64,000 nt of DNA from an uncultured Gemmatimonadales bacterium (GTDB taxonomy: Bacteria; Gemmatimonadota; Gemmatimonadetes; Gemmatimonadales; GWC2-71-9). Under the pieces are notes generated by a model. That model was not told where the DNA came from. It worked only from the letters and a program-made list of their open reading frames with translations, and searched no databases. The stretch spans positions 96,001 through 160,000 of the forward strand of contig CAWGSK010000007.1 in assembly GCA_963825055.1 (NCBI GenBank), in the 5' to 3' direction. Positions 8,884 through 18,484 of the stretch are shown here, one piece after another (position 1 is the stretch's first letter; each line of letters begins with the position of its first letter). Position numbers and translations under genes: made by a program.

Positions 8884-9896
8884 GAGCCCCGGGCGCTGCG
8901 GAAGGCCTCACCCACGCGGTCCGCCGCCTTCCTGGCCGCCGTGCGCATCTGGTCCACGAACTCCTTCGCCTCACCGGCGTAATAGCTGCCCGCCGCTGAC
9001 ACGTCATCGCCCAGCGGGCGACTATTGGTCTCGGCCCCGCGCCGCACGTACTCGCCGCGCAGGATACGGTCATAGTTCCCGTCGGCCACCCATTGCTGGA
9101 GCTCCGCCGCACGCACGGTGGCCATCGGGTGCGTGAGCGCGAGCGTGTTGATGAGTTTGTACAGGACGTCCAGGCCCTCGTTGGTCTCCAGATACTCGTG
9201 GGCCTGGGCCATGAAGGCTTCCACGTTCATCTGGCCCGCGAACGGTTCGCCCCGGCCGCCGCCCGCCATCTTCATGCAGAGGCGCTGGGAGACAATCGCA
9301 TCCTGGCAGCCGAGCAGGCCGGCCCGGTCGGCCGAGAGCTCGGCCTTGCGGGACCACTCGAGGAAGGCAAGCCGGACCGGGAGCAGCACCAGGGACGCGA
9401 TGCCTGGCAGTGCGTTCGCGCCGAGCACGAGGAGGATCGCCGCGATGGTGTAGTAGAAGGCATGCCCGCTGATGACGTGCCCCATTTCGTGGGCGAGCAG
9501 GGCGCGGAGTTCGTCGTCATCGAGGAACTCGAGCGCGGCCGAATGGACCACCACGAACGGCTTCTCGAACCCGTAGGCGCCGGCATTGAAGAACGGGGTC
9601 TGCGAGACATACAGCTCCGGTACCTCCGGCCAGTCGAAGGTGGCCGCGACCTCCACCTGCAGGGACCAGAGTGTCGGGAACTGGGTCGGGCCGACGCGTA
9701 CCGCGTTGCCCTGGAAGAGGAGGCGCACGCCGCGTTCGCCCCCGATCAGGGCGATGATCTTGCGGACGACGTCCTCGAAGCCGGGGACCCGGCGCAGTGA
9801 CTGCAGGGCGGCGCGGTCGGCCGGGTGCTCCCAGGTGACGGGAGCGATCTCCGGGAAATCGCGGCGCGGGCGGACGGTCGGGGTGGTGGTACCCAT
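8880..9896 (-). CDS. M48 family Zn metallopeptidase
   Basis: WEHPADR, LAHEMGH (HEXXH), AELSADR, THP. Confidence 0.85.
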   Translation of the reverse strand: MGTTTPTVRPRRDFPEIAPVTWEHPADRAALQSLRRVPGFEDVVRKIIALIGGERGVRLLFQGNAVRVGPTQFPTLWSLQVEVAATFDWPEVPELYVSQTPFFNAGAYGFEKPFVVVHSAALEFLDDDELRALLAHEMGHVISGHAFYYTIAAILLVLGANALPGIASLVLLPVRLAFLEWSRKAELSADRAGLLGCQDAIVSQRLCMKMAGGGRGEPFAGQMNVEAFMAQAHEYLETNEGLDVLYKLINTLALTHPMATVRAAELQQWVADGNYDRILRGEYVRRGAETNSRPLGDDVSAAGSYYAGEAKEFVDQMRTAARKAADRVGEAFRSARGS

Positions 9897-9965
9897 TGCA
9901 GGCTCACGGAAGGAGAATTGTTGTCAGGTCCGGCCCGTCCCCTACGGAAACCCGGACTCCCAGTT

Positions 9966-11156
9966 TCATTCTGGGACGTGGCTCTGGTGCGAGGCGACGA
10001 AGGCCTGGTCCAGGTCGGCGATCAGGTCGTCGGTTTCCTCAATGCCGCAACTGAACCGGACCAGGCTGTCCGTCAGGCCCATCTTGCGGCGCAGGTCGAC
10101 CGGCACCGATGCGTGTGTCATGCTCGCGGGGTGCCCGATCAGGCTCTCGACACCTCCCAGGGACTCCGCGAGCGAGAAGATCTTCGTGGACTCCACGAAC
10201 CGGCGTGCGCGGTCAACGTTGCCCAGCTCGATGGAGATCATACCGCCAAACCCCTGCATCTGGCGTTTCGCCAGCTCATGCTGCGGGTGCGAGGCGAGGC
10301 CCGGATAGTACACATGACGGACGTCCGGGTGCTGGTCCAGCCAGGCCGCCACGGCGCGGCCATTACTGTCGTGTTTCCCCATCCGGAGGGCGAGTGTCTT
10401 GGTGCCCCGCAGCGCGAGCCAGCAGTCCATGGGGCCGGGCACGGCACCTGACGCGTTCTGGATGAAGCCCAGTCGCTCGGCCACGTCGTCGCGGCGGGTC
10501 ACCACGATCCCGCCCACCATGTCGCTGTGGCCGTTCAGGTACTTGGTGGTGGAATGCAGCACGATGTCGGCGCCCAGCTCGAGCGGTCGCTGGAAGACAG
10601 GCGTCGCGAACGTGTTGTCCACCGTCAGCAGGAGGCCCCGTGCCTGCGCGATGTCGGCGATGGCGGACAGGTCGGCAAGGACCATCATCGGGTTGGTGGG
10701 GGTTTCGCAGAAAATCATGCGGGTTGCCGGAACGAGTGCGCGCGCTACGTTCTCCGGGTCCTGCATGTCGACGAACGAGAAGGACAGGCTGAAGCGGCCG
10801 TACACCTGCTCCATCAGGCGATGGGTACCACCGTAGACGTTCTCGCCCACGACGACATGATCGCCCGCCTGCAGGAGCTTGAGCACCGCGTCGATGGCGG
10901 CAAGGCCCGAACTGTAGGCGAAGCCGAAGGTGCCCCCTTCGAGGCTGGCGACATTCCGCTCGAGGGCTTCCCGGGTGGGATTCTGGGTCCTGGCATACTC
11001 ATAGCCCTTATGCCGGCCCAAACCTTCCTGGACATATGTCGAGGTCTGGTAAATGGGGACCATGACTGCGCCGGAAAGCGGATCGGGGCGCTGGCCCGCG
11101 TGCACCGCCCGCGTCGCGAAGCCGTGCTGGTCATCCCCCGGTGTGATCTGGGTCAT
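9966..11156 (-). CDS. metB: Cystathionine gamma-synthase/lyase (PLP)
   Basis: PIYQTSTY, YARTQNPT, ETPTNP, DNTFATP, STTKYLNGHSD, AESLGG; start ATG 11156 (ORF track extension is antisense shadow). Confidence 0.85.
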   Translation of the reverse strand: MTQITPGDDQHGFATRAVHAGQRPDPLSGAVMVPIYQTSTYVQEGLGRHKGYEYARTQNPTREALERNVASLEGGTFGFAYSSGLAAIDAVLKLLQAGDHVVVGENVYGGTHRLMEQVYGRFSLSFSFVDMQDPENVARALVPATRMIFCETPTNPMMVLADLSAIADIAQARGLLLTVDNTFATPVFQRPLELGADIVLHSTTKYLNGHSDMVGGIVVTRRDDVAERLGFIQNASGAVPGPMDCWLALRGTKTLALRMGKHDSNGRAVAAWLDQHPDVRHVYYPGLASHPQHELAKRQMQGFGGMISIELGNVDRARRFVESTKIFSLAESLGGVESLIGHPASMTHASVPVDLRRKMGLTDSLVRFSCGIEETDDLIADLDQAFVASHQSHVPE

Positions 11157-11213
11157 AGTCCGCGTCCCTGTTCTCTGGTTACGTTTGAAGCATCCTCCAT
11201 GCCGTGGAACTTT

Positions 11214-12323
11214 ATGCCTGAGAACGATTTGCGGCAACCCGCCACCAGCGGGGACCGCAGTTGGAATCCTGCGGCCAACGGCGCGGGCGCCGGATCCTCG
11301 ACGACCGCCCGGTGCCTGATCGTCGACGACGATGCGCAGGTCCGCCACGCGCTGGTGCGTGTGATCGAGGGGCAGGGCCTCGAATGTCTCGAGGCCGGTA
11401 ACGGCCAGGAGGGGCTGTCCGTTCTCGACCGCGCCGGCAGCGTGCCGCTGGTTATCTCGGACGTCCAGATGCCGGTGATGGACGGGATCACTTTCCTGCA
11501 CGAACTTCGGCGGCGCTACCCCGATACTGCAGTGGTCATGCTGACCGCCGTCGCCGATTTCCGCGGCGCCGTCGAGTGCCTCCAGGTGGGCGCGATGGAC
11601 TACATCGCCAAGCCGGTGGTCATTGATGAGGTGCGGACGCGCGTGTCGCAGGCCCTGGAGAAGCGCGACCTCATCCTCCAGAATCGCTTCTACCAGCAGC
11701 ACCTCGAAGCCCGGGTGCAGCAACAGGCGGAACGGCTCAAGAACATGTTCCTCGAGGGAATCCAGACCCTTGCGCACGCGCTCGAGGCGAAGGACGCATA
11801 CACCCGCGGGCATTCGATGCGCGTCTCCCGCTATGCGGTGAAGACGGCCGTGCAGCTCGGCTTCTCCGGCAACGGCCTGGAGGACATCCGGCTCGGCGGC
11901 GAACTCCACGACATCGGCAAGATCGATACGCCGGAGTCCATCCTCCACAAGCCCGGGCCACTCACCACGGCGGAGTTCGAGCGCGTCATCCAGCACACCG
12001 TCCTCGGGGAGCGTATCCTGGCCCCGTTTCTCCGTGAGTCGCCCACCGTCCTCACCATCGTGCGCAGTCACCATGAGCGGATCGACGGAACCGGGTTTCC
12101 CGATCGCCTCAAGGGGGACGGGATTCCCCTCGAGGCGCGGATCGTGTCGGTCACGGATGCCTTCGACGCGATGACCACGAACCGGGCCTACCGCGCCTCC
12201 CGCATGCCCGCCGAGGCGTTGGAGGAATTGCGGGCCTGCGCGGGCTCGCATTTCGATACCGACGTGGTGGAGGCCTTCACTTCCGCCTTCAGCGATCCTT
12301 CCGCCCTGCCCATCAGCCTCTAG
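11214..12323 (+). CDS. Response regulator with HD-GYP c-di-GMP phosphodiesterase domain
   Basis: REC (IVDDD, SDVQMP, YIAKP); YTRGHS, HDIGK, HHERIDGTGFP. Confidence 0.9.
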   Translation: MPENDLRQPATSGDRSWNPAANGAGAGSSTTARCLIVDDDAQVRHALVRVIEGQGLECLEAGNGQEGLSVLDRAGSVPLVISDVQMPVMDGITFLHELRRRYPDTAVVMLTAVADFRGAVECLQVGAMDYIAKPVVIDEVRTRVSQALEKRDLILQNRFYQQHLEARVQQQAERLKNMFLEGIQTLAHALEAKDAYTRGHSMRVSRYAVKTAVQLGFSGNGLEDIRLGGELHDIGKIDTPESILHKPGPLTTAEFERVIQHTVLGERILAPFLRESPTVLTIVRSHHERIDGTGFPDRLKGDGIPLEARIVSVTDAFDAMTTNRAYRASRMPAEALEELRACAGSHFDTDVVEAFTSAFSDPSALPISL

Positions 12324-12341
12324 ACCAGTATCTTTCGCGCC

Positions 12342-13710
12342 ATGTCAGACACCCTGATGATCAGTGTTTCCGGTATGCGCGGTATTGTGGGTCGCGACCT
12401 GACGCCGGAGCTCATTGCCCGCCACGCAGCCGCCCTCGGGGCATGGGCCGCGGGCCGGGGCCGCCCTTCCGTTGTGCTCGGGCGGGACGCCCGGACCAGC
12501 GGACCGATGTTCACGCACGCGGCGATGGCCGGACTGATGTCGGTCGGGGTCAGCGTGATCGATGTCGGCATGGTCCCCACCCCGACTGTCCAGCTCGCGG
12601 TGGAGCACCACGAAGCCGGAGCCGGGCTCATCATCACGGCCAGCCACAATCCCATCGAGTGGAACGCCCTCAAGTTCGTGGGGCCGGACGGCATCTTCCT
12701 GGACGGCGATGCGGGTGCCGCGGTCCGGGGCCTGGCGGAAGCGGGTCCGCCGCGGGTCGACTTCAGCGGCATCGGGAATGTGCGCCACGATGATGGCGCG
12801 ATCGCGCGACACCTCGACCAGGTGCTGGATCTTTCCGTGCTCGACCTCACAGCAATTCGCGATCGAAGCTTCCATGTTGCTCTGGACTGCGTCCGCGGGG
12901 CGGGAGGGACCACCATGCCCGCCCTGCTGGAGCATTTGGGCTGTCGGGTCACCGCCATCAACCTGGAGACGGATGGCCGGTTTCCCCGCCCGCCGGAGCC
13001 TCTCCCGGAAAACCTGTCGGAGCTCTCGGCGCTCGTCCGGGCCAGTGGGGCCGATATCGGATTCGCGGTGGATCCCGACGTGGATCGCCTGGCCGTGGTG
13101 GATGAGACCGGGCGCCCGGTGGGTGAGGACTACACCCTGGCGTTCGCCGTCCGCGCGATGCTCGGGGGCCGGGCGAACGATTCGGGAGCGCCACCCGTGG
13201 TGGTGGCGAACCTTTCCACCAGCCTGGTGGTTGAGGACGCGACGCGGGAGGCCGGCGGCAGATTCCTCAGGGCCCCGGTCGGGGAGGCCAACGTCGCCAG
13301 GATGATCATCTCGGAAGGGGCCCTGATCGGTGGCGAGGGGAATGGTGGCGTGATCCTGCCCTCCCTCCATGTGGGACGGGACGCCCCGGTCGGGGTGGCG
13401 CTGATCTTGCATCTTCTTGCACGGGAGGGCCGCCGGGTCTCGGCAATCGTCGACGGGAGCTCCCCGTTACACGATTGTGAAGGCTAAGGTGCCACGAGGT
13501 AAGGAGATAGCTCCTGTCTACGCCGCTCTCAAGTCGCGCTTTCCCGACGCCGAGCCGGATGAAAGAGATGGGCTGCGTCTCGCATGGCCGGACCGCTGGC
13601 TGCACGTTCGGCCGTCAGGAACCGAACCGATCATCCGGTTCATCGCCGAAGCACCCACCCGGGAGGGAGCCGAGTCGCTCATCGGCGCATCCCGTGACCT
13701 CTTGAAGTAA
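12342..13710 (+). CDS. glmM: Phosphoglucosamine mutase / phosphohexomutase; frameshift at about 13455
   Basis: TASHNP, DPDVDR, GGEGNGG in 12342 ORF; DGLR, VRPSGTEP in 13417..13710 frame; adjacent to glmS. Confidence 0.8.
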
Positions 13711-13722
13711 GGGAAACACTCC

Positions 13723-15549
13723 ATGTGCGGCATTGTCGGCTACGTAGGACCACGGCAGGCGGGCGGGCTTCTTATTGACGGGCTCCGGCGCCTGGAATAC
13801 CGCGGGTACGACTCCGCGGGCCTCGCCATCATCAACGGCAAGGGCATCGAGGTCATCAAGTCAGCCGGGAAGCTTGCCGCCCTGGAACAGGCCCTGAACG
13901 ACCGGATGCCGCAAGGCACCGTCGGGATCGGCCATACCCGCTGGGCCACGCACGGGGCCCCCACTACCACCAATGCCCATCCGCATACCGACCAGAGCGG
14001 CCGGATTGCCCTGATCCACAACGGCATCATCGAGAACGCCGGCGCCATCCGCCAGGCGCTCGAGCGCCGCGGGCACACGTTCACCTCCGAGACCGACACT
14101 GAGGTGCTGGCGCACCTGGTCGGCGAGCTGTACGAGGGGGACCTCGAGGAGGCCGTGGCGGCCGCGCTCCGCGACGTGGACGGCGCCTACGGCATCGCGG
14201 TCATCTGCAGCGAAGAGACCGGAGTACTGGTCGCCGCACGGAAGGGCTCGCCGCTCCTGGTCGGCGTGGGCGAGGATGAGTGGTTCGTCGCGTCCGACGC
14301 CTCGGCGATTCTCGAGCACACCCGCTCGGTGGTGTACCTGGACGACGGCGAGATGGTGGTCCTGACGCGCGAGGGATACCATGTGCGCGACCTCCAGGCC
14401 ACGGTGATCGAGAAGCCGGTCAATCAGATCGAGTGGGACCTCGCCACGATCGAGCGGGGCGGCTACGACCACTTCATGCTGAAGGAAATCTGCGAGCAGC
14501 CGGAGAGCGTCTGGAACACGCTGCGGGGCCACCTGCTCGAGGAGGAAGGAACCTCCCGCCTCAGCGGCCTCAACCTCAGCGACGAGGACATCCTCGGCAT
14601 CGAGCAGATCATCATCACCGCGTGCGGGACATCCTGGCACGCCGGACTGATCGGCGAGTACATGCTCGAGGAGATGGCCAGGATTCCCGTCGAGGTCGAG
14701 TATGCCTCGGAGTTCCGGTACCGGAATCCCATCGTGGACGAACGCACGCTGGTCATCGGGATCTCGCAGTCAGGTGAGACCGCTGACACCCTGGCGGCCA
14801 TCCGCGAGGCCAAACAGCGCGGGGCGCGGACGATCGGCCTGGTCAACGTGGTGGGTTCCACCATCGCGCGCGAGGTGGACGGCGGAACATACCTGCACGC
14901 CGGTCCGGAGGTCGGGGTGGCGAGCACCAAGGCCTTCACCAGCCAGGTGGCGGCGCTGGCGATGGTCGCGCTCCGCTTCGCCCGGCTCCGGAATCTGAGC
15001 ATCCTGCAGGGCCGGGAGATGATCCAGGAGCTGCGGGCGCTGCCGGACAAGATCCGCTGGATCCTGGCGCGGGCGGACGAGATGGAGGCGCTGGCTGAGC
15101 AGTACTACCAGTCGAATAACGCGCTTTACCTGGGCCGCGGCGTGAACTTCCCGGTCGCGCTCGAGGGCGCGCTCAAGCTGAAGGAAATTTCGTACATCCA
15201 CGCCGAGGGCTATCCGGCGGCGGAAATGAAGCACGGCCCCATCGCGCTGATCGACGAGAACATGCCCGTCATCTTCATCGCTCCCCGGGGGCCGGTACAC
15301 TCGAAAGTGGTTTCCAATATCGAGGAAGTGAAGGCCCGCGGGGGCAAGGTGATCGCGCTGGTCAACGAGGGCGACACGGAGATCGAGCGCCTCGCCGACA
15401 GCACCTTCGCCATCCCTGAGACGATGGAGATGCTGTCACCCATCCTGACGAGCATCCCGCTCCAGCTCTTCTCGTACTATGTCGCCGTCCGGCGGGGCTG
15501 CAACGTCGACCAGCCGCGAAACCTGGCGAAGTCGGTGACGGTGGAGTAG
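13723..15549 (+). CDS. glmS: Glutamine--fructose-6-phosphate transaminase (isomerizing)
   Basis: [25 protein letters not shown]-terminal [11 protein letters not shown]. Confidence 0.98.
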   Translation: MCGIVGYVGPRQAGGLLIDGLRRLEYRGYDSAGLAIINGKGIEVIKSAGKLAALEQALNDRMPQGTVGIGHTRWATHGAPTTTNAHPHTDQSGRIALIHNGIIENAGAIRQALERRGHTFTSETDTEVLAHLVGELYEGDLEEAVAAALRDVDGAYGIAVICSEETGVLVAARKGSPLLVGVGEDEWFVASDASAILEHTRSVVYLDDGEMVVLTREGYHVRDLQATVIEKPVNQIEWDLATIERGGYDHFMLKEICEQPESVWNTLRGHLLEEEGTSRLSGLNLSDEDILGIEQIIITACGTSWHAGLIGEYMLEEMARIPVEVEYASEFRYRNPIVDERTLVIGISQSGETADTLAAIREAKQRGARTIGLVNVVGSTIAREVDGGTYLHAGPEVGVASTKAFTSQVAALAMVALRFARLRNLSILQGREMIQELRALPDKIRWILARADEMEALAEQYYQSNNALYLGRGVNFPVALEGALKLKEISYIHAEGYPAAEMKHGPIALIDENMPVIFIAPRGPVHSKVVSNIEEVKARGGKVIALVNEGDTEIERLADSTFAIPETMEMLSPILTSIPLQLFSYYVAVRRGCNVDQPRNLAKSVTVE

Positions 15550-15575
15550 GCGGACAGGCGGACAGGCGGACGGAC
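15549..15575 (+). repeat. Short G-rich array (GGCGGACA)~3 right after glmS stop
   Basis: ggcggaca ggcggaca ggcggacg gac. Confidence 0.6.
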
Positions 15576-15606
15576 GGCCGGGGCTTCACGCTCCGGCCTT
15601 TGTTTT
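15576..15606 (+). terminator. Rho-independent terminator of glmM-glmS
   Basis: ggccggggc-ttcac-gctccggcc followed by tttgtttt. Confidence 0.75.
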
Positions 15607-15626
15607 GTCCCCCCGCCCGCTACCTT

Positions 15627-15690
15627 CAACGACTCAACGACTCAACGACTCAACGACTCAACGACTCAACGACTCAACGACTCAACGACT
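15627..15690 (+). repeat. (CAACGACT)8 perfect tandem array upstream of dtd
   Basis: Eight units counted directly. Confidence 0.95.
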
Positions 15691-15703
15691 CCACGGACCC
15701 CCC

Positions 15704-16147
15704 ATGCGCCTCGTCCTTCAGCGTGTCAGCCAGGCTTCCGTCACGATTGCCGGCCGCGAGACTGCCCGAATCGGCCGGGGCTTCTGTATCCTGGTCGGGA
15801 TCACGCACGCGGACACCACTGCCGAGGCCGACTGGCTGGCCGAGAAAGTTGCGGGGCTCCGGCTCTTCACGGACGAAGAGGGAAAGATGAACCTGGGGCT
15901 GTCGGAGGTGGGTGGCGCGGTGCTGGTGGTGTCACAGTTCACGCTTTATGGCGATACCAGTCGCGGAAGGCGTCCTTCCTTTGTTGCCGCCGCGCGACCC
16001 GAGCAGGCCGTACCGCTCTACGAGCGCTTCGTCGCCCAGCTGAGAGGTCATGGACTGGAGGTCGGTACCGGGGAGTTCGGGGCGATGATGGACGTGGCAC
16101 TCGTGAATGACGGCCCGGTCACCCTGGTCCTCGAGCGTGGCGCGTGA
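15704..16147 (+). CDS. dtd: D-aminoacyl-tRNA deacylase
   Basis: [33 protein letters not shown]. Confidence 0.96.
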   Translation: MRLVLQRVSQASVTIAGRETARIGRGFCILVGITHADTTAEADWLAEKVAGLRLFTDEEGKMNLGLSEVGGAVLVVSQFTLYGDTSRGRRPSFVAAARPEQAVPLYERFVAQLRGHGLEVGTGEFGAMMDVALVNDGPVTLVLERGA

Positions 16148-16728
16148 GCGCGCCGCGCCTGACACTGGCCTCCGGGTCTCCCCGCCGCCGGCAGCTCCTC
16201 GAGATGCTCGGCTTCGAGATCGACGTACGTCCGTCAAATATCCCCGAGGCCCCGGAGCCAGGGGAGTTGCCGCGCGACTACGCCGCACGACTGGCCCGCG
16301 AGAAGGCCTCGGCCATCACGGGGCCGCTGGTTCTGGGGGCGGATACGATCGTGGTCCTGGACGGGCACCTGCTGGAGAAGCCGGCGGATGCCGAAGACGC
16401 GGTCCGCATGCTCATGACACTCCAGGGCCGCACGCACGAGGTGACCACCGCCGTCGCGCTGCGCCAGGACGGCCGCATCCGGGAGGCAGCGGATACCACG
16501 CGCGTGACCTTCCGCCGGGCGGATGAGGCCCTGATCCGGGCCTACGTTGCCACCGGTGAGCCGATGGACAAGGCGGGCGCCTATGGGATCCAGGGCTATG
16601 GCGCGGCGCTGATCGAGCGGGTGGAAGGGGATTTCTTCAGTGTGATGGGCCTGCCGCTCCGGCTGGTGCTGGACCTGCTGGGGGAAGCGGGGTTTGTGTA
16701 CCGGTTTGATGGAGGGAAGAGGGTGTAG
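16144..16728 (+). CDS. maf: Maf family nucleotide pyrophosphatase
   Basis: [33 protein letters not shown]. Confidence 0.93.
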   Translation: MSAPRLTLASGSPRRRQLLEMLGFEIDVRPSNIPEAPEPGELPRDYAARLAREKASAITGPLVLGADTIVVLDGHLLEKPADAEDAVRMLMTLQGRTHEVTTAVALRQDGRIREAADTTRVTFRRADEALIRAYVATGEPMDKAGAYGIQGYGAALIERVEGDFFSVMGLPLRLVLDLLGEAGFVYRFDGGKRV

Positions 16729-16731
16729 GGA

Positions 16732-16863
16732 GTGGCGGGTGGCGAGTGGCGGGTGGCGAGTCGAAGCAGCTGTCGGAGCTGGAACCGCTATCTTCTGGTC
16801 CGTTCACCGTTCACCGTTCACCGTTCACCGTTCACCGTTCACCGTTCACCGTTCACCGTTCAC
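16732..16863. repeat. Paired heptamer arrays (GTGGCGR)4 and (CGTTCAC)9 between convergent maf and cyclase
   Basis: 16732-16759 and 16801-16863 read directly. Confidence 0.92.
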
Positions 16864-18450
16864 CCTGAACACCTTCACTTCCTTGGCCTTCCCCTTGAGT
16901 GCAAGTGGTGGAAGGGTTTCCACCCCCGGCTTCTCTCGCAGCTGCCCGTAGAACGACTCGCTCAGCAGGATCTCACCGGCCCCCGCCTGCGAGCAGAGCC
17001 GGCTCGCCACGTTCACCGCGTCGCCGATGACGGTGTATTCCAGCCGGCGGTGGCTGCCGATGTTGCCCGCGAAGACCTCCCCGTAGTTGATGCCGATCCC
17101 GACGCCGATCGGAGGATTGCCCCGTTCGGCCCAGCTCGCATTCAGGGCGGTCAGGACCTCCTGCATCTCGATCGCCGCCCGCATGGCCCGGTCCGCGTCG
17201 TCCTCGTGGGCCAGCGGGGCTCCCCAGAGCGCGAGTATGGCGTCGCCCATGAACTTATCGAGCGTGCCCCCGTGCTCGAAGATCACGTCCACCATCTCGG
17301 TGAAGTAGTCGCTCAACAGCTCAGCGATGGCGTCCGGCGTCATGCGCTCGGACATGGCCGTGAATCCGCGGATGTCGCTGAAGAGGACGGTGATGGGGCG
17401 CTTGTCGCCGCCGGGCCTGACTTCGCCCTGGAGCCGGGCGATTTCTGCCGCCACGTTGGGCGCGAAGTAACGCTCGAAGTTGGACCGGACCAGGGCCTGC
17501 CGCTGGATCTGCTCCGCGTAGCGGCTGTTCCGGATCGCCACGGCGGCCAGGCCGCCGAAGGCAATCAGGAACTTCAGGTCTTCGTCGCTGAAGCTGTTGA
17601 TGGCCGTCATGCTGTCCACGTACAGCACGCCCAGGACTTCGTCCGCCGATGACATGAGCGGCACGCACATCGCACTCCGGACGCTCTGCAGCACGATCGA
17701 CTGGCCGGTGAAGCGCTCGTCGGTGGCGGCGTTGTCACTGATGATGCCGACCCGCTCGTCCACGACCTTGTGGGCGATGGAGCGCGGCACCTGCTGGAAG
17801 ATTGCCTCGCCCAGCCGGCTCCGCGCGATCTTGGGAAAGAGTTCGCCCGGCTCCTCGCGCAGCATGATGTTCACGCGGTCCACGTTCATGACCTCGAACG
17901 TCATGTCCGCCACGGTGGCCAGGATGCGGTCGAGGTCGAACTCGCCGGACAGCGCCTGGGAGATCTCCAGCAGCATGGAGAGCTTCCGGGCCTGGCGCTC
18001 GCCCTCCCCCTCGCCTTCCACCCGTAGTTGCCCGAGTGCGGTGGTTCCCCCACCGGGGGAGAGCGAGGTGAGCACCGAAGAGCCCGTGCCGGTTACGGCG
18101 ATCTCGCGCACGATGGTCCCGCCGGGAGGCGACGGGGGCTGCTGGCGTGGCGTGCGGGTGAGCTCGACCTTCTTCAGCTGGAAAACGACCTTGCCGAAGC
18201 TCACCGAGTCGTTGGGACGCAGGGTTCCTTCCCCGGCGCGGGCCCCGTTGATGAACGTGCCGTTCGAGCTGTCGAGGTCCCGGACCCGTACGCCCTCCTC
18301 GACCACTTCCAGTTCGGCGTGGCGGCGGGAGATCGTCGGGTCGATGACGGCGATGTCGCTGGTGATGGCGCGGCCCAGGACGAGGGTGCGTCCTGTCGGA
18401 AGCTCGAACCGCTGGTTTCCCTGGACGTTGGCGAGGAGGTAGCTGGGCAT
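16846..18450 (-). CDS. FHA-GAF-class III adenylate cyclase
   Basis: FHA (LGR..ISRRHA..DLDSSNGTFING), GAF, cyclase FSDIRGFT, DKFMGD, YTVIGDAVNVASRL; start ATG 18450. Confidence 0.9.
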   Translation of the reverse strand: MPSYLLANVQGNQRFELPTGRTLVLGRAITSDIAVIDPTISRRHAELEVVEEGVRVRDLDSSNGTFINGARAGEGTLRPNDSVSFGKVVFQLKKVELTRTPRQQPPSPPGGTIVREIAVTGTGSSVLTSLSPGGGTTALGQLRVEGEGEGERQARKLSMLLEISQALSGEFDLDRILATVADMTFEVMNVDRVNIMLREEPGELFPKIARSRLGEAIFQQVPRSIAHKVVDERVGIISDNAATDERFTGQSIVLQSVRSAMCVPLMSSADEVLGVLYVDSMTAINSFSDEDLKFLIAFGGLAAVAIRNSRYAEQIQRQALVRSNFERYFAPNVAAEIARLQGEVRPGGDKRPITVLFSDIRGFTAMSERMTPDAIAELLSDYFTEMVDVIFEHGGTLDKFMGDAILALWGAPLAHEDDADRAMRAAIEMQEVLTALNASWAERGNPPIGVGIGINYGEVFAGNIGSHRRLEYTVIGDAVNVASRLCSQAGAGEILLSESFYGQLREKPGVETLPPLALKGKAKEVKVFRVNGER

Positions 18451-18484
18451 GACGGCCGGAATATAGCGCGGGTCGCCTCCGGTC

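Noticed and set aside
9966..12323. Apparent 761-aa and 598-aa overlapping fusion ORFs
   Set aside because: N-terminal halves are antisense shadows; real starts are 11156 (-) and about 11214 (+)
13455..13465. glmM split as pseudogene or programmed frameshift
   Set aside because: Single extra base in a GGG/CCCC run of a normally essential gene; typical long-read error
13711..13722. glmS ribozyme
   Set aside because: Only 12 nt between glmM and glmS
15627..16863. CRISPR array
   Set aside because: 7-8 bp units with no spacers and no cas genes
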